Made by a program: the position numbers and the translations under genes. Shown piece after piece: positions 52,401 through 64,000 of a stretch of 64,000 bases of DNA. Positions within the stretch are counted from its first letter, which is position 1. Each line of letters opens with the position of its first letter. Under the pieces are notes generated by a model. That model searched no databases and had not been told where the DNA came from. It saw only the letters and a program-made list of their open reading frames with translations. Source of the stretch: Eledone cirrhosa (lineage: Eukaryota); contig OZ024764.1 of NCBI GenBank assembly GCA_964016885.1, positions 20,708,001 through 20,772,000 on the forward strand, in the 5' to 3' direction.

Positions 52401-55400
52401 ATCTAATGTCACTAATAACTACTTTTATCAGTCAGTATAATCTAATGTCACTAATAACTACTTTTATCAGTCAGTATAATCTAAAGTCACTAATAACTAC
52501 TTTTATCAGTCAGTATAATCTAATGTCACTACTAACTACTTTTATCAGTCAGTATAATCTAATGTCACTAATAACTACTTTTATCAGTCAGTTTAATCTA
52601 ATGTCACTAATAACTACTTTTATCAGTCAGTATAATCTAATGTCACTAATAACTACTTTTATCAGTCAGTATAATCTAATGTCACTAATAACTACTTTTA
52701 TCAGTCAGTATAATCTAATGTCACTAATAACTACTTTTATCAGTCAGTATAATCTAATGTCACTAATAACTACTTTTATCAGTCAGTATAATCTAACGTC
52801 ACTAATAACTACTTTTATCAGTCAGTATAATCTAATCTCACTAATAACTACTTTTATCAGTCAGTTCAATCTAATGTCACTAATAACTACTTTTATCAGT
52901 CAGTATAATCTAATTTCACTAATAACTACTTTTATCAGTCAGTATAATCTAATGTCACTAATAACTACTTTTATCAGTCAGTATAATCTAATGTCACTAA
53001 TAACTACTTTTATCAGTCAGTATAATCTAATGTCACTAATAACTACTTTTATCAGTCAGTATAATCTAATGTCACTAATAACTACTTTTATCAGTCAGTA
53101 TAATCTAATGTCACTAATAACTACTTTTATCAGTCAGTATAATCTAATGTCACTAATAACTACTTTTATCAGTCAGTATAATCTAAAGTCACTAATAACT
53201 ACTTTTATCAGTCAGTATAATCTAATGTCACTACAACTACTTTTATCAGTCAGTATAATCTAATGTCACTAATAACTACTTTTATCAGTCAGTTTAATCT
53301 AATGCCACTAATAACTACTTTTATCAGTCAGTATAATCTAATGTCACTAATAACTACTTTTATCTGTCAGTATAATCTAAAGTCACTAATAACTACTTTT
53401 ATCAGTCAGTATAATCTAATGTCACTAATAACTACTTTTATCAGTCAGTTTAATCTAATCTCACTAATAACTACTTTTATCAGTCAGTTTAATCTAATGT
53501 CACTAATAACTACTTTTATCAGTCAGTTTAATCTAATGTCACTAATAACTACTTTTATCAGTCAGTTTAATCTAATGTCACTAATAACTACTTTTATCAG
53601 TCAGTTTAATCTAATCTCACTAATAACTACTTTTATCAGTCAGTTTAATCTAATGTCACTAATAACTACTTTTATCAGTCAGTTTAATCTAATCTCACTA
53701 ATAACTACTTTTATCAGTCAGTTTAATCTAATGTCACTAATAACTACTTTTATCAGTCAGTTTAATCTAATCTCACTAATAACTACTTTTATCAGTCAGT
53801 TTAATCTAATGTCACTAATAACTACTTTTATCAGTCAGTTTAATCTAATCTCACTAATAACTACTTTTATCAGTGAGTATAATCTAATGTCACTAATAAC
53901 TACTTTTATCAGTCAGTTTAATCTAATCTCACTAATAACTACTTTTATTAGTCAGTTTAATATAATGTCACTAATAACTACTTTTATCAGTCAGTATAAT
54001 CTAATCTCACTAATAACTACTTTTATCAGTCAGTATAATCTAATGTCACTAATAACTACTTTTATCAGTCAGTTTAATCTAATGTCACTAATAACTACTT
54101 TTATTAGTCAGTTTAATATAATGTCACTAATAACTACTTTTATCAGTCAGTTTAATCTAATCTCACTAATAACTACTTTTATTAGTCAGTTTAATATAAT
54201 GTCACTAATAACTACTTTTATCAGTCAGTTTAATCTAATCTCACTAATAACTACTTTTATTAGTCAGTTTAATATAATCTCACTAATAACTACTTTTATC
54301 AGTCAGTATAATCTAATGTCACTAATAACTACTTTTATCAGTCAGTATAATCTAATGTCACTAATAACTACTTTTATCAGTCAGTATAATCTAATGTCAC
54401 TAATAACTACTTTTATCAGTCAGTATAATCTAATGTCACTAATAACTACTTTTATCAGTCAGTATAATCTAATGTCACTAATAACTACTTTTATCAGTCA
54501 GTATAATCTAATGTCACTAATAACTACTTTTATCAGTCAGTATAATCTAATGTCACTAATAACTACTTTTATCAGTCAGTATAATCTAATGTCACTAATA
54601 ACTACTTTTATCAGTCAGTATAATCTAATGTCACTAATAACTACTTTTATCAGTCAGTATAATCTAATGTCACTAATAACTACTTTTATCAGTCAGTATA
54701 ATCTAATGTCACTAATAACTACTTTTATCAGTCAGTATAATCTAATGTCACTAATAACTACTTTTATCAGTCAGTATAATCTAATGTCACTAATAACTAC
54801 TTTTATCAGTCAGTATAATCTAATGTCACTAATAACTACTTTTATCAGTCAGTATAATCTAATGTCACTAATAACTACTTTTATCAGTCAGTATAATCTA
54901 ACGTCACTAATAACTACTTTTATCAGTCAGTATAATCTAATCTCACTAATAACTACTTTTATCAGTCAGTTCAATCTAATGTCACTAATAACTACTTTTA
55001 TCAGTCAGTATAATCTAATTTCACTAATAACTACTTTTATCAGTCAGTATAATCTAATGTCACTAATAACTACTTTTATCAGTCAGTATAATCTAATGTC
55101 ACTAATAACTACTTTTATCAGTCAGTATAATCTAATGTCACTAATAACTACTTTTATCAGTCAGTTTAATCTAATCTCACTAATAACTACTTTTATCAGT
55201 CAGTATAATCTAATCTCACTAATAACTACTTTTATCAGTCAGTATAATCTAATGTCACTAATAACTACTTTTATCAGTCAGTTTAATCTAATCTCACTAA
55301 TAACTACTTTTATCAGTCAGTTTAATCTAATGTAACTAATAACTACTTTTATCAGTCAGTATAATCTAATCTCACTAATAACTACTTTTATCAGTCAGTT

Positions 55401-58400
55401 TAATCTAATCTCACTAATAACTACTTTTATCAGTCAGTTTAATCTAATCTCACTAATAACTACTTTTATCAGTCAGTATAATCTAATCTCACTAATAACT
55501 ACTTTTATCAGTCAGTATAATCTAATGTCACTAATAACTACTTTTATCAGTCAGTTTAATCTAATCTCACTAATAACTACTTTTATCAGTCAGTTTAATC
55601 TAATCTCACTAATAACTACTTTTATCAGTCAGTTCAATCTAATGTCACTAATAACTACTTTTATCAGTCAGTTTAATCTAATGTCACTAATAACTACTTT
55701 TATCAGTCAGTTTAATCTAATGTCACTAATAACTACTTTTATCAGTCAGTTTAATCTAATCTCACTAATAACTACTTTTATCAGTCAGTTTAATCTAATG
55801 TCACTAATAACTACTTTTATCAGTCAGTTTAATCTAATCTCACTAATAACTACTTTTATCAGTCAGTTTAATCTAATGTCACTAATAACTACTTTTATCA
55901 GTCAGTTTAATCTAATCTCACTAATAACTACTTTTATCAGTCAGTTTAATCTAATGTCACTAATAACTACTTTTATCAGTCAGTTTAATCTAATCTCACT
56001 AATAACTACTTTTATTAGTCAGTTTAATATAATGTCACTAATAACTACTTTTATCAGTCAGTTTAATCTAATCTCACTAATAACTACTTTTATTAGTCAG
56101 TTTAATATAATGTCACTAATAACTACATTTATCAGTCAGTATAATCTAATCTCACTAATAACTACTTTTATCAGTGAGTATAATCTAATGTCACTAATAA
56201 CTACTTTTATCAGTCAGTTTAATCTAATCTCACTAATAACTACTTTTATTAGTCAGTTTAATATAATGTCACTAATAACTACTTTTATCAGTCAGTATAA
56301 TCTAATCTCACTAATAACTACTTTTATCAGTCAGTATAATCTAATGTCACTAATAACTACTTTTATCAGTCAGTTTAATCTAATGTCACTAATAACTACT
56401 TTTATTAGTCAGTTTAATATAATGTCACTAATAACTACTTTTATCAGTCAGTTTAATCTAATCTCACTAATAACTACTTTTATTAGTCAGTTTAATATAA
56501 TGTCACTAATAACTACTTTTATCAGTCAGTTTAATCTAATCTCACTAATAACTACTTTTATTAGTCAGTTTAATATAATGTCACTAATAACTACTTTTAT
56601 CAGTCAGTATAATCTAATGTCACTAATAACTACTTTTATCAGTCAGTATAATCTAATGTCACTAATAACTACTTTTATCAGTCAGTATAATCTAATGTCA
56701 CTAATAACTACTTTTATCAGTCAGTATAATCTAATGTCACTAATAACTACTTTTATCAGTCAGTATAATCTAATGTCACTAATAACTACTTTTATCAGTC
56801 AGTATAATCTAATGTCACTAATAACTACTTTTATCAGTCAGTATAATCTAACGTCACTAATAACTACTTTTATCAGTCAGTATAATCTAATCTCACTAAT
56901 AACTACTTTTATCAGTCAGTTCAATCTAATTTCACTAATAACTACTTTTATCAGTCAGTATAATCTAATGTCACTAATAACTACTTTTATCAGTCAGTAT
57001 AATCTAATGTCACTAATAACTACTTTTATCAGTCAGTATAATCTAATGTCACTAATAACTACTTTTATCAGTCAGTATAATCTAATGTCACTAATAACTA
57101 CTTTTATCAGTCAGTATAATCTAATGTCACTAATAACTACTTTTATCAGTCAGTATAATCTAATGTCACTAATAACTACTTTTATCAGTCAGTATAATCT
57201 AAAGTCACTAATAACTACTTTTATCAGTCAGTATAATCTAATGTCACTACTAACTACTTTTATCAGTCAGTATAATCTAATGTCACTAATAACTACTTTT
57301 ATCAGTCAGTTTAATCTAATGCCACTAATAACTACTTTTATCAGTCAGTATAATCTAATGTCACTAATAACTACTTTTATCTGTCAGTATAATCTAAAGT
57401 CACTAATAACTACTTTTATCAGTCAGTATAATCTAACGTCACTAATAACTACTTTTATCAGTCAGTATAATCTAATCTCACTAATAACTACTTTTATCAG
57501 TCAGTTCAATCTAATGTCACTAATAACTACTTTTATCAGTCAGTATAATCTAATTTCACTAATAACTACTTTTATCAGTCAGTATAATCTAATGTCACTA
57601 ATAACTACTTTTATCAGTCAGTATAATCTAATGTCACTAATAACTACTTTTATCAGTCAGTATAATCTAATGTCACTAATAACTACTTTTATCAGTCAGT
57701 ATAATCTAATGTCACTAATAACTACTTTTATCAGTCAGTATAATCTAATGTCACTAATAACTACTTTTATCAGTCAGTATAATCTAATGTCACTAATAAC
57801 TACTTTTATCAGTCAGTATAATCTAAAGTCACTAATAACTACTTTTATCAGTCAGTATAATCTAATGTCACTACTAACTACTTTTATCAGTCAGTATAAT
57901 CTAATGTCACTAATAACTACTTTTATCAGTCAGTTTAATCTAATGTCACTAATAACTACTTTTATCAGTCAGTATAATCTAATGTCACTAATAACTACTT
58001 TTATCAGTCAGTATAATCTAATGTCACTAATAACTACTTTTATCAGTCAGTATAATCTAATGTCACTAATAACTACTTTTATCAGTCAGTATAATCTAAT
58101 GTCACTAATAACTACTTTTATCAGTCAGTATAATCTAACGTCACTAATAACTACTTTTATCAGTCAGTATAATCTAATCTCACTAATAACTACTTTTATC
58201 AGTCAGTTCAATCTAATGTCACTAATAACTACTTTTATCAGTCAGTATAATCTAATTTCACTAATAACTACTTTTATCAGTCAGTATAATCTAATGTCAC
58301 TAATAACTACTTTTATCAGTCAGTATAATCTAATGTCACTAATAACTACTTTTATCAGTCAGTATAATCTAATGTCACTAATAACTACTTTTATCAGTCA

Positions 58401-61400
58401 GTATAATCTAATGTCACTAATAACTACTTTTATCAGTCAGTATAATCTAATGTCACTAATAACTACTTTTATCAGTCAGTATAATCTAATGTCACTAATA
58501 ACTACTTTTATCAGTCAGTATAATCTAAAGTCACTAATAACTACTTTTATCAGTCAGTATAATCTAATGTCACTACTAACTACTTTTATCAGTCAGTATA
58601 ATCTAATGTCACTAATAACTACTTTTATCAGTCAGTTTAATCTAATGCCACTAATAACTACTTTTATCAGTCAGTATAATCTAATGTCACTAATAACTAC
58701 TTTTATCTGTCAGTATAATCTAAAGTCACTAATAACTACTTTTATCAGTCAGTATAATCTAATGTCACTAATAACTACTTTTATCAGTCAGTTTAATCTA
58801 ATCTCACTAATAACTACTTTTATCAGTCAGTTTAATCTAATCTCACTAATAACTACTTTTATTAGTCAGTTTAATATAATGTCACTAATAACTACTTTTA
58901 TCAGTCAGTTTAATCTAATCTCACTAATAACTACTTTTATTAGTCAGTTTAATATAATCTCACTAATAACTACTTTTATCAGTCAGTATAATCTAATGTC
59001 ACTAATAACTACTTTTATCAGTCAGTATAATCTAATGTCACTAATAACTACTTTTATCAGTCAGTATAATCTAATGTCACTAATAACTACTTTTATCAGT
59101 CAGTATAATCTAATGTCACTAATAACTACTTTTATCAGTCAGTATAATCTAATGTCACTAATAACTACTTTTATCAGTCAGTATAATCTAATGTCACTAA
59201 TAACTACTTTTATCAGTCAGTATAATCTAATGTCACTAATAACTACTTTTATCAGTCAGTATAATCTAATGTCACTAATAACTACTTTTATCAGTCAGTA
59301 TAATCTAATGTCACTAATAACTACTTTTATCAGTCAGTATAATCTAATGTCACTAATAACTACTTTTATCAGTCAGTATAATCTAATGTCACTAATAACT
59401 ACTTTTATCAGTCAGTATAATCTAATGTCACTAATAACTACTTTTATCAGTCAGTATAATCTAATGTCACTAATAACTACTTTTATCAGTCAGTATAATC
59501 TAATGTCACTAATAACTACTTTTATCAGTCAGTATAATCTAATGTCACTAATAACTACTTTTATCAGTCAGTATAATCTAACGTCACTAATAACTACTTT
59601 TATCAGTCAGTATAATCTAATCTCACTAATAACTACTTTTATCAGTCAGTTCAATCTAATGTCACTAATAACTACTTTTATCAGTCAGTATAATCTAATT
59701 TCACTAATAACTACTTTTATCAGTCAGTATAATCTAATGTCACTAATAACTACTTTTATCAGTCAGTATAATCTAATGTCACTAATAACTACTTTTATCA
59801 GTCAGTATAATCTAATGTCACTAATAACTACTTTTATCAGTCAGTTTAATCTAATCTCACTAATAACTACTTTTATCAGTCAGTATAATCTAATCTCACT
59901 AATAACTACTTTTATCAGTCAGTATAATCTAATGTCACTAATAACTACTTTTATCAGTCAGTTTAATCTAATCTCACTAATAACTACTTTTATCAGTCAG
60001 TTTAATCTAATGTAACTAATAACTACTTTTATCAGTCAGTATAATCTAATCTCACTAATAACTACTTTTATCAGTCAGTTTAATCTAATCTCACTAATAA
60101 CTACTTTTATCAGTCAGTTTAATCTAATCTCACTAATAACTACTTTTATCAGTCAGTATAATCTAATCTCACTAATAACTACTTTTATCAGTCAGTATAA
60201 TCTAATGTCACTAATAACTACTTTTATCAGTCAGTTTAATCTAATCTCACTAATAACTACTTTTATCAGTCAGTTTAATCTAATCTCACTAATAACTACT
60301 TTTATCAGTCAGTTCAATCTAATGTCACTAATAACTACTTTTATCAGTCAGTTTAATCTAATGTCACTAATAACTACTTTTATCAGTCAGTTTAATCTAA
60401 TCTCACTAATAACTACTTTTATCAGTCAGTTTAATCTAATCTCACTAATAACTACTTTTATCAGTCAGTTTAATCTAATGTCACTAATAACTACTTTTAT
60501 CAGTCAGTTTAATCTAATCTCACTAATAACTACTTTTATCAGTCAGTTTAATCTAATGTCACTAATAACTACTTTTATCAGTCAGTTTAATCTAATCTCA
60601 CTAATAACTACTTTTATCAGTCAGTTTAATCTAATGTCACTAATAACTACTTTTATCAGTCAGTTTAATCTAATCTCACTAATAACTACTTTTATTAGTC
60701 AGTTTAATATAATGTCACTAATAACTACTTTTATCAGTCAGTTTAATCTAATCTCACTAATAACTACTTTTATTAGTCAGTTTAATATAATGTCACTAAT
60801 AACTACATTTATCAGTCAGTATAATCTAATCTCACTAATAACTACTTTTATCAGTGAGTATAATCTAATGTCACTAATAACTACTTTTATCAGTCAGTTT
60901 AATCTAATCTCACTAATAACTACTTTTATTAGTCAGTTTAATATAATGTCACTAATAACTACTTTTATCAGTCAGTATAATCTAATCTCACTAATAACTA
61001 CTTTTATCAGTCAGTATAATCTAATGTCACTAATAACTACTTTTATCAGTCAGTTTAATCTAATGTCACTAATAACTACTTTTATTAGTCAGTTTAATAT
61101 AATGTCACTAATAACTACTTTTATCAGTCAGTTTAATCTAATCTCACTAATAACTACTTTTATTAGTCAGTTTAATATAATGTCACTAATAACTACTTTT
61201 ATCAGTCAGTTTAATCTAATCTCACTAATAACTACTTTTATTAGTCAGTTTAATATAATGTCACTAATAACTACTTTTATCAGTCAGTATAATCTAATGT
61301 CACTAATAACTACTTTTATCAGTCAGTATAATCTAATGTCACTAATAACTACTTTTATCAGTCAGTATAATCTAATGTCACTAATAACTACTTTTATCAG

Positions 61401-64000
61401 TCAGTATAATCTAATGTCACTAATAACTACTTTTATCAGTCAGTATAATCTAATGTCACTAATAACTACTTTTATCAGTCAGTATAATCTAATGTCACTA
61501 ATAACTACTTTTATCAGTCAGTATAATCTAACGTCACTAATAACTACTTTTATCAGTCAGTATAATCTAATCTCACTAATAACTACTTTTATCAGTCAGT
61601 TCAATCTAATTTCACTAATAACTACTTTTATCAGTCAGTATAATCTAATGTCACTAATAACTACTTTTATCAGTCAGTATAATCTAATGTCACTAATAAC
61701 TACTTTTATCAGTCAGTATAATCTAATGTCACTAATAACTACTTTTATCAGTCAGTATAATCTAATGTCACTAATAACTACTTTTATCAGTCAGTATAAT
61801 CTAATGTCACTAATAACTACTTTTATCAGTCAGTATAATCTAATGTCACTAATAACTACTTTTATCAGTCAGTATAATCTAAAGTCACTAATAACTACTT
61901 TTATCAGTCAGTATAATCTAATGTCACTACTAACTACTTTTATCAGTCAGTATAATCTAATGTCACTAATAACTACTTTTATCAGTCAGTTTAATCTAAT
62001 GCCACTAATAACTACTTTTATCAGTCAGTATAATCTAATGTCACTAATAACTACTTTTATCTGTCAGTATAATCTAAAGTCACTAATAACTACTTTTATC
62101 AGTCAGTATAATCTAACGTCACTAATAACTACTTTTATCAGTCAGTATAATCTAATCTCACTAATAACTACTTTTATCAGTCAGTTCAATCTAATGTCAC
62201 TAATAACTACTTTTATCAGTCAGTATAATCTAATTTCACTAATAACTACTTTTATCAGTCAGTATAATCTAATGTCACTAATAACTACTTTTATCAGTCA
62301 GTATAATCTAATGTCACTAATAACTACTTTTATCAGTCAGTATAATCTAATGTCACTAATAACTACTTTTATCAGTCAGTATAATCTAATGTCACTAATA
62401 ACTACTTTTATCAGTCAGTATAATCTAATGTCACTAATAACTACTTTTATCAGTCAGTATAATCTAATGTCACTAATAACTACTTTTATCAGTCAGTATA
62501 ATCTAAAGTCACTAATAACTACTTTTATCAGTCAGTATAATCTAATGTCACTACTAACTACTTTTATCAGTCAGTATAATCTAATGTCACTAATAACTAC
62601 TTTTATCAGTCAGTTTAATCTAATGTCACTAATAACTACTTTTATCAGTCAGTATAATCTAATGTCACTAATAACTACTTTTATCAGTCAGTATAATCTA
62701 ATGTCACTAATAACTACTTTTATCAGTCAGTATAATCTAATGTCACTAATAACTACTTTTATCAGTCAGTATAATCTAATGTCACTAATAACTACTTTTA
62801 TCAGTCAGTATAATCTAACGTCACTAATAACTACTTTTATCAGTCAGTATAATCTAATCTCACTAATAACTACTTTTATCAGTCAGTTCAATCTAATGTC
62901 ACTAATAACTACTTTTATCAGTCAGTATAATCTAATTTCACTAATAACTACTTTTATCAGTCAGTATAATCTAATGTCACTAATAACTACTTTTATCAGT
63001 CAGTATAATCTAATGTCACTAATAACTACTTTTATCAGTCAGTATAATCTAATGTCACTAATAACTACTTTTATCAGTCAGTATAATCTAATGTCACTAA
63101 TAACTACTTTTATCAGTCAGTATAATCTAATGTCACTAATAACTACTTTTATCAGTCAGTATAATCTAATGTCACTAATAACTACTTTTATCAGTCAGTA
63201 TAATCTAAAGTCACTAATAACTACTTTTATCAGTCAGTATAATCTAATGTCACTACTAACTACTTTTATCAGTCAGTATAATCTAATGTCACTAATAACT
63301 ACTTTTATCAGTCAGTTTAATCTAATGCCACTAATAACTACTTTTATCAGTCAGTATAATCTAATGTCACTAATAACTACTTTTATCTGTCAGTATAATC
63401 TAAAGTCACTAATAACTACTTTTATCAGTCAGTATAATCTAATGTCACTAATAACTACTTTTATCAGTCAGTTTAATCTAATCTCACTAATAACTACTTT
63501 TATCAGTCAGTTTAATCTAATGTCACTAATAACTACTTTTACCAGTCAGTTTAATCTAATGTCACTAATAACTACTTTTATCAGTCAGTTTAATCTAATG
63601 TCACTAATAACTACTTTTATCAGTCAGTTTAATCTAATCTCACTAATAACTACTTTTATCAGTCAGTATAATCTAATGTCACTAATAACTACTTTTATCA
63701 GTCAGTATAATCTAATGTCACTAATAACTACTTTTATCAGTCAGTTTAATCTAATGTCACTAATAACTACTTTTATCAGTCAGTTTAATCTAATGTCACT
63801 AATAACTACTTTTACCAGTCAGTTTAATCTAATGTCACTAATAACTACTTTTATCAGTCAGTATAATCTAATGTCACTAATAACTACTTTTATCAGTCAG
63901 TTTAATCTAATGTCACTAATAACTACTTTTATCAGTCAGTTTAATCTAATCTCACTAATAACTACTTTTATCAGTCAGTTTAATCTAATGTCACTAATAA
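34426..64000. repeat. Giant 39-bp satellite array (>=29.5 kb, ~758 monomers, continues past the window edge)
   Basis: Uninterrupted head-to-tail ctaatgtcactaataactacttttatcagtcagt(a/t)taat with single-base variants and rare indels (~45014, ~46408, ~53233). Confidence 0.99.

Noticed and set aside
34434-60015. Giant ORFs (up to 2274 aa) of repeated MSLITTFISQYNL as a novel repeat protein
   Set aside because: The 39-bp monomer is 13 codons and happens to lack a stop in one frame. Stop variants (TCA>TAA, CAG>TAG) are amplified along with the blocks, and frameshifts occur (~46408, ~53233). Common variants are mostly non-synonymous, and there is no unique N- or C-terminal domain. Ribo-seq or proteomics would be needed to overturn this.
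34426-64000. CRISPR-like array
   Set aside because: Monomers are head-to-tail with no unique spacers, there are no cas genes, and the context is eukaryotic.
34426-64000. Telomeric or centromeric identity of the array
   Set aside because: There is no TTAGGG-type repeat. Centromere function cannot be inferred from sequence, and the small intronic paralog argues for a local, recent origin.

Overview
AT-rich eukaryotic DNA, most likely an octopus (cephalopod) C2H2 zinc-finger gene cluster. The taxon is inferred from the [17 protein letters not shown] finger consensus and the repeat families. Bases 1-34.4 kb are about two copies of a 17.5-19 kb tandemly duplicated unit. Each unit holds a poly-C2H2 ZNF coding exon (partial at 1-681; complete with 16 fingers at 16824-18191), an 82-bp minisatellite, truncated ZNF remnants, RTE-tail-derived 48-bp minisatellites, a decayed Tigger/pogo transposon and a SINE fragment. 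Each unit also has a putative promoter and non-coding first exon (~9.0 and ~27.9 kb), followed by a putative intron. That intron contains a CRE-like RLE retrotransposon fragment, a foldback MITE, RTE fragments, a piggyBac-like MITE with a nested CR1-like LINE, and a 39-bp tandem repeat. The 39-bp repeat has ~16 copies in the first unit but at least ~758 copies (>=29.5 kb, 34426 to window end) at the paralogous position in the second unit, with multi-kb higher-order structure. The giant 'MSLITTFISQYNL' ORFs are judged artefacts of the 3x13-bp monomer.
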